In this document: piece after piece, positions 9,580-19,152 of the stretch | How positions within the stretch are numbered: the first letter of the stretch is position 1 | How the letters are laid out: every line of letters begins with the position of its first letter | Assembly (NCBI GenBank): GCA_965207075.1 | Contig: CBDBLO010000002.1 | Span: forward strand, 32,001-96,000 | Length of the DNA: 64,000 nt | Origin: Nitrosopumilus sp. | Lineage (GTDB): Archaea; Thermoproteota; Nitrososphaeria; Nitrososphaerales; Nitrosopumilaceae | Reading direction: 5' to 3' | Notes under the pieces: model-generated | Told to the model about the DNA's origin: nothing | Databases searched by the model: none | The model's input: only the letters and a program-made list of their open reading frames with translations | Program-made: the position numbers and the translations under genes

Positions 9580-9876
9580 GTGGACGCTCTGACAGCTTGA
9601 ATGCGCCGCGGTTAAATGATGCGTCCATCTACCCATGAGATGATATGGGCAGCCACCCCCGTATTCAACACCGCCGTTATCCGCAATCCGTCGCCGGCCG
9701 GATACAACGGCGGCCGCCATAGCAACATTATGGCCAAGTTTTACGCCCAAACGCCGGCAAATCAGAATAGAGGTGCCATGCTTGTGCAATCATGTGACGG
9801 TCACAGCATCCGCTGTTAGTCCAAAATAAAAAAAGAAAAAAGGGGAAATTTTTTTCTGTGTGTTTTTGTGTATATA

Positions 9877-12800
9877 CTAGCTTACGGTGATGTCGGTTGT
9901 GACCGGCGGCGATAGGGCAGTCGGGTTGTCAACTGACTCCCATACGAACGCGGTTGCCGTGTAGGTTCCCGCCTCGGATGGAATCCATGATGTTGACGGA
10001 CTCAGTGACTGTCCTGCCTCCAGCGTTCCGGATATCCAGGAGAGCGCGACCGTGACACCGTTTGCGTCCTGGACCTGTACCAGATAGGCAAAGGCCTGGG
10101 AGCGGTCCTGGCCGTTGGCCAGGTCTGCCACGATCTGCACCTGCTGGTCTGCAGACACCGTGTCTAGGCTGTTGCCGAAGGCATCCACAATCCTAAGGTT
10201 GGTTGCGGGCGCCCTCTCCAGCGGAGGCACGATGGTGCCGATCAGCGTGGTTGCCGTTATGTCGAGCTCGTCTGCTGTCGTGTACGGGTCTGGTAGCGTG
10301 TTGTCCTCATACTCGGCCGTTACAGTGTTGCCCTCTGCGACGCGGAGGCGGTGCCCGGACGACTCGTCGGTTATGGTGAAGAACACCGTGCCTTCGAATA
10401 TTCCGGTCGCCTCGTTGGTCTCGGTTACGGTGAGGTCGATTCCGCCGTTGTCGGCGTCTGACCACACGTCAACCACAAAGTTGTTCACTGCCTCCGGGTT
10501 CCAGTTCATGTCTGGGTCGATGACCCTGACCACTCCTGTGCCGGATGCCGGGTACGATGACTCGAGCCACTGCACTTCGCCTATGTTCCACCTGATGAGA
10601 GCAGAGCCCACTACGGTCTCGTCCTCAGAGTACTCGAATGAGACGGTGATGCCGTCGTCATCGTCAGTCTGGAGGTAGCCGTTGGTGGGTCCGCTGCCGT
10701 CTGGGCTGGTGTCACGCTGCGGGTTGTCATAACCTGCCTCGGTACCAGTCTCGGTGTCGCCGTCCGCGTTGTGGTCGAATCCGATAAGGATCACCTCACC
10801 CGTGAAGATTCCCGTGTCAGGACCGGTCTCGACAAGCTTGTAGTTGTCGATGTCGGCACTGCGCGTGGATACCTGTATCGGGTCGAGGTTGGAGTCGCCT
10901 ATCTCGTCGACAAGTGCGGAGTCGAAGTTGTGGTCTGGCGCCACGATGGTGATGTAGACCTTGTCGGTCCACGTGTACACCTTCTGGTCCAGCTCGATGG
11001 TCGCGCCAAAGTTGGAGGTGAATACCGTCAGTCCGACGTCCTCACTCTCGTCGCCGACATAGTCGGCGCCTGACGGACCCCAGTCAACGTACTCGAGCTC
11101 GATCTCCTCACCCCTCTCGAGGCGGTCGCCGTCGATCTCCGCGGGAATCTCGACTATCACCTGGAATATTCCGGTGGAGTCTCCAGTCTCACGGAGCTCG
11201 GATGGCTCTGGATCGAACACTGGGTTGTCCATGCCGAGCGTCGCTGCGTCAGAGTCCCACTCGATCAGGTCGAGCGTGTAGGACTCGGCGCCGTCGTTCT
11301 CCAGGTCAAGGTCCGGCTCTATCAGCGTCAGGATCATGTCTGAGCCGATGATGTAGACGGACTTGTCGGACTGGAGCACGCCGTTGCGCAGGTCGAAGGT
11401 AGCAGAGTCTGTGACGGTGTTCTCCTCGCCTGACGCGTCAGTCGGGTCGCGGTACTCGACCTGCAGGATGTCTCCTTGCAGTATCGATCCGTCCGGACCG
11501 GCGTCGTACGCGAGTGGCAGGTCAAGCTCGAATGCGCCGCTGTCGGGCGCGGTCTCGAGGATCTGCGCGTCGTCAAGGTCGATCGTCTGGGATGCCGAGC
11601 CGCGTATGACCTGTACGGTCAGGTACTCGGTGGCGTTGGATATCACGTCCTCGCCGGCAGCCGATATGTCAAAGTCCGGATCGTCTATGGTGACGTGGAC
11701 CGTCAGATCGTGCTGGCCGAGCGTGCCTGTGGTGTGCTCGAACACGTCTGCCGCGAACGGCACCGGGTATACGGTGCGGTCAAGCGATACCGTACCAGTG
11801 TTGGCACGAACCGCCGCTCCCGCTCCGACCTCGATCTCCTCGCCGGACGCGTCACGGAAGTCCTGATAGTTGACTTCAATGTCCACGCCGGTTACGGAGA
11901 CCATGGTGGTGGTGCTCGACTGGCAGTAGTATTCGGGTATCTGGAAGTCGCCCGTAAAGACGCCGGAGCCTGCCGCAGTCTCCTGCAGCGTGAAGCCGGT
12001 GGATGCAAATCCGTCGGCTCCCTCACATTCTCCGGAGGTCCATAGCTCGTCGTCAAATGTGACGTCGAGGATGTAGGCCTTGTCGTCTCCGATGTAGTCC
12101 GTGAGTTCAGATGAGAACGTGTAGATGTCTATCACGTCGTTCTGGACGTTGAGGTCGGCATCCTCCAGCGTTATCGTAACGGTGTCGGCAACCTTGTAGC
12201 TCTCCGCGTCAAAGGAGACCACGGCGCTGTGCGTCGGGGCCGCCTGCTGGATCGCTATCTGGGTTGATACGCCGTCGGCGCCCAAGTCGAGATAGTTGAC
12301 CCTCACGGAGTCCTCGTCGGTAAAGTCCTCGTGGACTATGATCGACACTTGGTCTGAGATGGTCCTCAGGCCCGTGTACGTGGCCGGATCGTCGATGTTC
12401 AGCTGGTTGAGCATGGTGTACTCCACGGTGCCCTCAAAGTCGGCAGAGTTGCTGCTGGCCTCCTCGACCTCGATGCGGTATATGGCGTTGTTCACCCTAC
12501 CGTCATCGTCGTTCTGTCCGAACGTGAAGAAGTCAGCAACCAACGTAATGTCGCCGCACACGTGGTCGATGTTGGTGTTGTCCATCATGATGACCAGGTC
12601 TACGGTATCTCCGAGGGCCTCGATGTCGTCCTTCATGGCAGTGATGTCCACCAGGCCGGATTCACCGTCGCCCAGTAGCACACTTTCGGTGTGGGCTGCG
12701 TTTGCAAGCCTGATCTCGGTTATGATCGTGCCGGCCGCGATGCTGTCGCTCAGTATGGAACCAAAGTTCCAGTTGAACAGCGTTGTGACGCCGTCGGCAA

Positions 12801-15800
12801 ACGTGGGTGGCTCCCATCCGTATATGACGATCTTCGAGTTGCCCGTTATGGTGTTCCTCTCGGAAGGCTCGGATAGTCTGAGCCTGTCGCTGAACGCCTC
12901 TACGGTCTTGTCGTCATCTGACCAGGTGTATATTGCCACCGGTGATGAGGCCTGCACGTTGTGCACGGCCGGTATCTCGCTGATGTCGTTGATTACTGCC
13001 CTGGTTATGGGCGGGAATCCGTTCTGTGCGGAGAAGGATATCGGCGTCGGTACCATGTCGACGCTGTTGCCAGATGGCAGTGCCGGAACGACCCTTGATA
13101 GGGAGTTTGATACTGCTATGGCGGGGTCACTACCTGTTTGCAGTCTGAACTGGACTGTGTCGCCCGCCAGTTCTGTATCATCTAGGGTTACCACCGCGTC
13201 AGATATGTCACCCGCTGTGCCGCTTGCAGCAGGGGTAAGAGGGATCCATGTTTCGCCGTTGGTGGATACCGCTAGTGTTGCGCCTGTACTCAATTTGCTG
13301 TTGCCTGTTACAAACAGGTTGAGGCTATGATCAGTATCAGTTGTGTTAGTCCATCCTGCATTGCCGAAACTCACGTCTGCCAGGGTCAGTGCCGCAGGTA
13401 TGCTTACGGTCCTGTTGCCTGACTCTGCCACATTGCCGCCGACAGTGACTGCCAGTTTGAACGTGGTCGTTATTCCGGACATTGCGATGTCGTTCAGGGT
13501 TGCATTGTAGTCGAAATTGCCGCCTGTAAGGGCGGTGTCAAAGGCATTACCTACGTCAACAAACTCATTAGCTTTCACCGCCTGCAATTGCAGAGACGTA
13601 CCCGAAGCACCCAAGCCAGAGGTTCCCTTTACGTTTATCGTAAGGGCGCCAGCATCCGTCCAGTCACCAATCGGCGTGACGGTCGGCAGGGATGTGAGTA
13701 TGTGCGGGATGCGCACGGCTGTCGAGTTGTTTGACGCGGCATCGTTGGCATATTCATTGGATTGGTCAGTGCCAGTCACCAGCCTAAACACGGTATCTCC
13801 GGACAGAGATATGTCCGTTATGGATACCGTGGCGCGTATGTCGCCGCCAGACAGTATCCGCAGTCCCGTAGTTGTGCCATCTACAACCGTCGTCCATTGA
13901 TCGTCGATGTCTGCCTGCAGGTCAATCTCGGTATCCTCTGCAATGCCGTCGCTGAGTCCTGTCACCCTTACCTCAAAGTTCCCGTCGTTCCACTGGCCCG
14001 CGTTGCTGCCGGTTGTGACAACTTGCAGGTTGGTCAGTATCGGGGGTATGTCTCTGGATAGGGGATCTGATGTGAAAGTCGTCGCCGCACCTCCGGAGTT
14101 TTCCACCAGTACAAACTGTACGGTAGTGCCGGATAATGCGAGGTCGTCGGCGCCAAGTGTTACCGTGCCGTTTACCACGCCGTCATCGAAACCAGAAACC
14201 GAAACCGTACCTACGGCTGCTCCAGTATCAACTAGATGGACAGTGAATGCGCCACCGCCGTCGGTATTCGGTACGATTGCTTGCTTGCTACCTGTTATGT
14301 TCAGTATGAGCGAACCCGTGGTTGCACCTGCGATCCATTCATTTACGATGATGTCGTCTAGGGTAAGCAGTACGGGCATGGGCGCAGTCCAACTGTTTGA
14401 AGCTACAGGTACGCCAGCGTAGGTGGTTGTCAGGACAAACTGGGTTGGGCCTTGTATGGCAGTATTCGTTATGTTGATACGCGCTTGGTTGTTGACAAAC
14501 TGTACAGGTTGGTTAAGCGTGGCTGTATCAAGCTCGCCGTCCTCATCAAGTACTGACAAGGCAACGGCGCCAGACACGGATTCCGTACCTGCGACCCGTA
14601 GCGTAATGTAATCATCACCAGTGTCAGGATTAATCCATTCATCTACGGGAACCACGTTGGTAAGGGATATCGCCGGCGGTATGTTTGCCGTGTCGCTGTT
14701 ACTAATTGAGCCGTCAGAAGTCGTTGCCGTAAACGTGTGGGTGCCGGACACCGTAACGTTGGCAAAGGGTATCATCCCTGATATCACGTTGCTGGTTACT
14801 GCAACGTCATACTCGCCAAAGTTGGGAATGGTGTCTGACGTCAGTGTAACGGTGCCGTCGGCGACGTTGACCGTGGTTCCGCTTATGTCCAGCTCGATAA
14901 CTCCGTCATCCCATTGGCCTGGGTCGACGGTCAGTGATATCGTAGCCTGTCTGGCATTTACGGTTACGGTCCTAGTCTCGGTTGCGGAGTTTCCTGCATT
15001 GTCCTCACAGGCGTACGTTATGGTGTAGGTGCCCGGTGCAGTGTTGGTGACGGTGCCAGTCGTGGTCACGGTCAGTGGCCCGTCCCTGGCATCCGTACAG
15101 CTGGCTCCCGCGTCGGTCCAGGTGTCACCGGCAGTTATGGTGTCGGTGCCCGGGTTCACGGTAATCACGGGCATGTCAGTATCGGGTCTGTCAGGATCGT
15201 CGACGGTTACCACTCTGGTAACGGAAGCCGAGTTTCCTGCAGTGTCGGTACAAGTGTACATCAGCGTGTACGTGCCTGCCACGTTAGTGTTGGGTGCAGC
15301 CGACGTCTGGGAGACCGTTAGGTTGCCGTCCCTCGCGTCAGTACACGTGGCGCCCCGCTCGGTATAGGTGTCGCCCACGTTCAGCCTGATCTCCGAGGGT
15401 CCGGTGAGTCTGATCACCGGATCTGTGGTGTCAGGCGGAAGCGGATCTGCCAAGTCAAACCATACCACGTCGCCTGTGGCCGACGCCAGCGTGACCGGCG
15501 AGCCGATCCTGATGGATGGCACCAGCAGGCTGTACGGGTTGGCCACCTCGAGGTTGTCCTCTGCGAGTGGGTTGACGTTGGCGTCCTCGTCGGTAAGCGT
15601 TATGGGTATGCGTTCGCCAGAGTTCCAGGTGTCGTCAGGCACGTCGAGCGCGAGCTCGGCAAAGAAGTGTCCTATGACCCCGGACTTTGCGTCCGGAGAG
15701 CTGTAGTCCACCTCGAAGCTGTTGCCCCTCAGCGCGTCTTTCTTTACGACGATGTTGGACCTCTGGTCCTCGGCCCAGTTGATGAATACGTTGTTGTTGG

Positions 15801-16893
15801 AGCCGTCCTCCACGAATCCGATGGCAAAGTTGCCGGGCGTGAACACGTCGTCCGCGCCGGCGACCAGGCCCACGTTGGGCACGCAGGCGCCATAGTCATC
15901 GACCACGAGGTAGTCGCGGCTCGCGTTATCTTCCTCCTGTATTCCAAAGTCCTTTGTCACCTGGCAGTCGATCACGTCGTTGCCCTGTGCGCCGCGGTTT
16001 ATGCTTACGGTCTCGTCGATGCCGGCCTCCGAGCCAACTGCGTTGATCTCAGAGCTCGGGTTTCCGTCCTCGTCAAACACGTTGTAGTACGCCCCACCGT
16101 TCTGGGTGTCGAACACCCACGTGTCCTCGTCTGTCGGGTCTATGTTCAGTGCATAGTCCATCAGCTCGATGTGCACGTGAGCGCCCTGCGGGTACTTGGT
16201 GCGGTCTAGCGAGTGGGATTCTGACGGGTCGTCAAACGTCAGGGTGACGGTCTGGCGATCGCCGCCCTTGTTGTAGACGATGTCGACGTCAGTCAGTGAC
16301 GTAAAGTCGTATACCTGGATGAAGGGCCAAAGGTTCGCGTTGGACAGTCCAAGCTGTCCCAGCGAGTTGCCGTCATAGTTGGTCAGGTCGCGCGGCTCCC
16401 TTATCAGGGGGTGGCCGTTGGCGCTGGTGTTGGAATCATTACAGTTGGAGCCGGGCGGCAGGTATACGCCGTTGCCGTCGCTGAGCGGAAGACCTGTCAC
16501 CGCTGACGCGGCAGTCTCGCTACAGTATACACCGTAGGGGAGGCTTTCAGCTGCGCCCGCCAGCGCGTCCACCTCGGCAAAGTACGCCGTCCAGTAGCCG
16601 TTGGCAGTCTGCAGCATCCGGAGGTCCGCTCCGTTTACGGTAACTTCGGGCTCTGCTTCGCCCTCGTCCGTGTCTCCTATTGAGTCATCTCTTATGATTA
16701 CTTCGATTATGTTTCCTTCGGCAAACATGTTGTCGGGGTCCTGTCCCTCTGCCGATACGTACAGGTTCGGGTTCGACGTGCTCACTTCTGCAAACACGGG
16801 GTCCGCGCCCGGTACGGCAAAGGTCAGCCCCCCGGCGACCATGATTGCCATTAGCGTTATGCTAGTATATTTTCTGTAGATTTCGTTTTGCAT
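9877..16893 (-). CDS. S-layer glycoprotein (SlaA-like) copy B, probably the expressed copy
   Basis: 2338 aa with an intact start MQNEIYRKYTSITLMAIMVAGG and the same architecture as copy A, but a different central cassette. Confidence 0.9.
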   Translation of the reverse strand: MQNEIYRKYTSITLMAIMVAGGLTFAVPGADPVFAEVSTSNPNLYVSAEGQDPDNMFAEGNIIEVIIRDDSIGDTDEGEAEPEVTVNGADLRMLQTANGYWTAYFAEVDALAGAAESLPYGVYCSETAASAVTGLPLSDGNGVYLPPGSNCNDSNTSANGHPLIREPRDLTNYDGNSLGQLGLSNANLWPFIQVYDFTSLTDVDIVYNKGGDRQTVTLTFDDPSESHSLDRTKYPQGAHVHIELMDYALNIDPTDEDTWVFDTQNGGAYYNVFDEDGNPSSEINAVGSEAGIDETVSINRGAQGNDVIDCQVTKDFGIQEEDNASRDYLVVDDYGACVPNVGLVAGADDVFTPGNFAIGFVEDGSNNNVFINWAEDQRSNIVVKKDALRGNSFEVDYSSPDAKSGVIGHFFAELALDVPDDTWNSGERIPITLTDEDANVNPLAEDNLEVANPYSLLVPSIRIGSPVTLASATGDVVWFDLADPLPPDTTDPVIRLTGPSEIRLNVGDTYTERGATCTDARDGNLTVSQTSAAPNTNVAGTYTLMYTCTDTAGNSASVTRVVTVDDPDRPDTDMPVITVNPGTDTITAGDTWTDAGASCTDARDGPLTVTTTGTVTNTAPGTYTITYACEDNAGNSATETRTVTVNARQATISLTVDPGQWDDGVIELDISGTTVNVADGTVTLTSDTIPNFGEYDVAVTSNVISGMIPFANVTVSGTHTFTATTSDGSISNSDTANIPPAISLTNVVPVDEWINPDTGDDYITLRVAGTESVSGAVALSVLDEDGELDTATLNQPVQFVNNQARINITNTAIQGPTQFVLTTTYAGVPVASNSWTAPMPVLLTLDDIIVNEWIAGATTGSLILNITGSKQAIVPNTDGGGAFTVHLVDTGAAVGTVSVSGFDDGVVNGTVTLGADDLALSGTTVQFVLVENSGGAATTFTSDPLSRDIPPILTNLQVVTTGSNAGQWNDGNFEVRVTGLSDGIAEDTEIDLQADIDDQWTTVVDGTTTGLRILSGGDIRATVSITDISLSGDTVFRLVTGTDQSNEYANDAASNNSTAVRIPHILTSLPTVTPIGDWTDAGALTINVKGTSGLGASGTSLQLQAVKANEFVDVGNAFDTALTGGNFDYNATLNDIAMSGITTTFKLAVTVGGNVAESGNRTVSIPAALTLADVSFGNAGWTNTTDTDHSLNLFVTGNSKLSTGATLAVSTNGETWIPLTPAASGTAGDISDAVVTLDDTELAGDTVQFRLQTGSDPAIAVSNSLSRVVPALPSGNSVDMVPTPISFSAQNGFPPITRAVINDISEIPAVHNVQASSPVAIYTWSDDDKTVEAFSDRLRLSEPSERNTITGNSKIVIYGWEPPTFADGVTTLFNWNFGSILSDSIAAGTIITEIRLANAAHTESVLLGDGESGLVDITAMKDDIEALGDTVDLVIMMDNTNIDHVCGDITLVADFFTFGQNDDDGRVNNAIYRIEVEEASSNSADFEGTVEYTMLNQLNIDDPATYTGLRTISDQVSIIVHEDFTDEDSVRVNYLDLGADGVSTQIAIQQAAPTHSAVVSFDAESYKVADTVTITLEDADLNVQNDVIDIYTFSSELTDYIGDDKAYILDVTFDDELWTSGECEGADGFASTGFTLQETAAGSGVFTGDFQIPEYYCQSSTTTMVSVTGVDIEVNYQDFRDASGEEIEVGAGAAVRANTGTVSLDRTVYPVPFAADVFEHTTGTLGQHDLTVHVTIDDPDFDISAAGEDVISNATEYLTVQVIRGSASQTIDLDDAQILETAPDSGAFELDLPLAYDAGPDGSILQGDILQVEYRDPTDASGEENTVTDSATFDLRNGVLQSDKSVYIIGSDMILTLIEPDLDLENDGAESYTLDLIEWDSDAATLGMDNPVFDPEPSELRETGDSTGIFQVIVEIPAEIDGDRLERGEEIELEYVDWGPSGADYVGDESEDVGLTVFTSNFGATIELDQKVYTWTDKVYITIVAPDHNFDSALVDEIGDSNLDPIQVSTRSADIDNYKLVETGPDTGIFTGEVILIGFDHNADGDTETGTEAGYDNPQRDTSPDGSGPTNGYLQTDDDDGITVSFEYSEDETVVGSALIRWNIGEVQWLESSYPASGTGVVRVIDPDMNWNPEAVNNFVVDVWSDADNGGIDLTVTETNEATGIFEGTVFFTITDESSGHRLRVAEGNTVTAEYEDNTLPDPYTTADELDITATTLIGTIVPPLERAPATNLRIVDAFGNSLDTVSADQQVQIVADLANGQDRSQAFAYLVQVQDANGVTVALSWISGTLEAGQSLSPSTSWIPSEAGTYTATAFVWESVDNPTALSPPVTTDITVS

Positions 16894-16919
16894 GTTATTG
16901 ATGGCCTGTCAAAAAAATT

Positions 16920-16930
16920 TACTTATAAGC
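16920..16930 (-). promoter_or_regulatory. TATA box of S-layer copy B
   Basis: Minus strand reads GCTTATAAGT-AAATTTTTTTGACAGGCCATCAATAAC-ATG, placing TTATAA ~30 nt upstream of the ATG, as is typical for archaea. Confidence 0.65.
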
Positions 16931-17286
16931 GTGATGGACGATTGGTTCATGAGATAGGCACGGATTCACGGCTGCAGGTATGATGCTGCACGGTTGGTTT
17001 TATGTTTGTACCAATATGGCGGCCGTCGGAGGGTCTGGGGGCGGTGGGACGGCCATATGCTGCCGTCCGGCGGCCGGCCGGACATCCATCAGCCACTCCA
17101 AGCATCCGCCCCGCGGACAGCCGACCTGCCACCGCGGGAAGAGCCGGGCACGTCACACTTGGACTTGCAGGTCTTGGCGGCTCCGCCCTTTGCGGGGGGA
17201 GGGGTGGACGTACATGCCGCGCCACGGCCCATGCATCTGCCTACCGCAAAAGGGGGGCACGGCGGGCGCCCGCAAAAAGCGTCGGA

Positions 17287-18624
17287 TCAGGGCGGCTGCA
17301 CCGATCCCGGGTTGATCAGGAACGGGCTGACCAGCCTGTACCAGCTCTCACTTAGGCGCTCATACTCGGACTGGCACTGGCTGGCCCTCGCCTCCGTAAG
17401 AAAGCCGCGATTGACAAAGTCCGAAAATGCATGCACGTCGCTTCCATACATCCAGCACGCTACGTTGTAGAACCTCTGGGAAGCCAGCGAGTGGGGGCCT
17501 GCAAGCTGCCCTTCGGTCGGGAATATGTCGCTTTGGCCCAGGGACCACGCGCGCAGGGTCGAGAAAAGAATGTTGCCGGCCTGATCAGGCGGGATGTATT
17601 CCAGCGCGATTACCGTGGCAAACTGATCTACTGCGTCCTCCTCGTTTCCCGTAACCGGCAGGTCGTATACGTCGATCAGGGCGTGCCCCAGCTCGTGCAG
17701 CATGATCCACGTAACGAAGCCGTTGACCCCATGGGACAGTTCCGCACTCGTGCCGTAGTACGGCGCCAACCGCCCTTCAAGAAACGTGACTAGTTCGTAG
17801 CAGACGACTATGCGCTTGTAGTCCGGATAATAAAACGCGTTGGGCTCGTCGCATTCGTCCATTGTGAGATAGACGTCGTAGGGCAGGGCAAGCGTCTGGC
17901 TCAGGCGCCCCGTGAAGTTCTCGAGAAACAGCCGGTCCTGATAATATGACTTCGGCGCCAGGTTGTGCTGGCTCGCTGCGGCGTAATAGATCGGGACAAA
18001 GTCGCCCGAATCGGTGACTGGCACCACGATCTGCCCGCCCAGGGTGCCCTTCAGGTCCACGATCTCCGCCTCCAGCGCCGTTATTTTCAGTGAGAGGCCC
18101 TCTATGATATTTCTCAGGTTGTCGATGACGCTGGCCAGCAGGGCGATACTCGACGGCGGGACCGGTGTCGTTGGCGGCTGCGGGACCGGTGTCGTTGGCG
18201 TATCTGGCTGCCCCGTCTGGGACCTGGTCGAGACCGTGACAATCTGCGAGACCCCCGAGTTCCCGGCGCCGTTGAAGGCCAGCACGGCGAACTGGTACGT
18301 GGTGCCCGGCTCAAGGCCGCGTACTGTGTAAAAGGTGCCGGCGCTGCCGGTGTCGGAGACCAGCACGGTGAGTATGGACTCGGTCGCGACTGCCCTGGAG
18401 AGTATCTTGTAACCGGTTATGGTGCGGTCGCCGGGGTTGTCCCAGGTCAGCGTGACTGTACTTGAGGTGGACGAGGCTGCAAGGTTTGAGGGGGGGCGCG
18501 GGACTTCGCCCGAACTCTGGGCGTATGCCGGAATTGCCAGAGCGGCGCCCGCAACGGCGCATAATGTCACTACTGCCGCCGCCACCACTATGACTTTTTG
18601 CGCTGCACGCAACGCGCTTGTCAC
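17287..18624 (-). CDS. Secreted FN3 + coiled-coil + DUF4344-like Zn metallopeptidase
   Basis: Signal peptide, FN3 (VTLTWDNP...LEPGTTYQFAV), Pro/Thr linker, then NAFY, HELGH, EEDAVD and QRFYNVACWMYG motifs. Confidence 0.8.
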   Translation of the reverse strand: MTSALRAAQKVIVVAAAVVTLCAVAGAALAIPAYAQSSGEVPRPPSNLAASSTSSTVTLTWDNPGDRTITGYKILSRAVATESILTVLVSDTGSAGTFYTVRGLEPGTTYQFAVLAFNGAGNSGVSQIVTVSTRSQTGQPDTPTTPVPQPPTTPVPPSSIALLASVIDNLRNIIEGLSLKITALEAEIVDLKGTLGGQIVVPVTDSGDFVPIYYAAASQHNLAPKSYYQDRLFLENFTGRLSQTLALPYDVYLTMDECDEPNAFYYPDYKRIVVCYELVTFLEGRLAPYYGTSAELSHGVNGFVTWIMLHELGHALIDVYDLPVTGNEEDAVDQFATVIALEYIPPDQAGNILFSTLRAWSLGQSDIFPTEGQLAGPHSLASQRFYNVACWMYGSDVHAFSDFVNRGFLTEARASQCQSEYERLSESWYRLVSPFLINPGSVQPP

Positions 18625-18669
18625 TCAATTATTGATATAAAAAGATATAGTGCCGATCCAGGGTTTGCG

Positions 18670-18950
18670 CGCGTTCCGAAGTCTTGCTGTCGAGGTACTT
18701 GTGTGCGTAAAGGCCAAATCGTATTGTTCCAAGGTACGTTGATACTGCCCTGCGCATGTTGTCAAAAGCCTCGTAATATTCTGAATTTAACAGGTAGTTT
18801 TTCCTCCGAGCCAGAATTGCTCCGAGGCGTCGAGGTACTGCGGTGCCTTGGGCAGGCAGGCGAACCCGACGTTTTTGTTTTTGCCGAATGCCTTCCTCGC
18901 CAGCTTCGAGCGGTACGTTGCGAATCCCGGTTCGGGAGTGCCCCATCACG
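18670..18950 (-). pseudogene. Frameshifted C-terminal remnant of an IS630 transposase
   Basis: Fragments CLPKAPQYLDASEQFW and, in another frame, KNYLLNSEYYEAFDNMRRAVSTYL...LYAHKYL align with YLPTATPKLSAVESVW...KYRLVTSEHYETREDLTHAVSEYF...LDIYKFL of the intact copy. Confidence 0.65.
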
Positions 18951-19152
18951 CCTGCCGTGCCCGCAGAGTCACACGCTACGGGCTTGCCACCGATCTCGCC
19001 GGCATTGCAGGCGCCTGATGCGGCTGCGTCATCTGCACCGTGTGCACGGCCGGTATCTCCGGGATGTCGTTGGTTACCGTTTTGGTTGTGGGCGGGAACC
19101 CGTCACGCGTGGAGAGGGATGCCGGCGTCGGTGTCATGTCGGCGCTGCGGCC

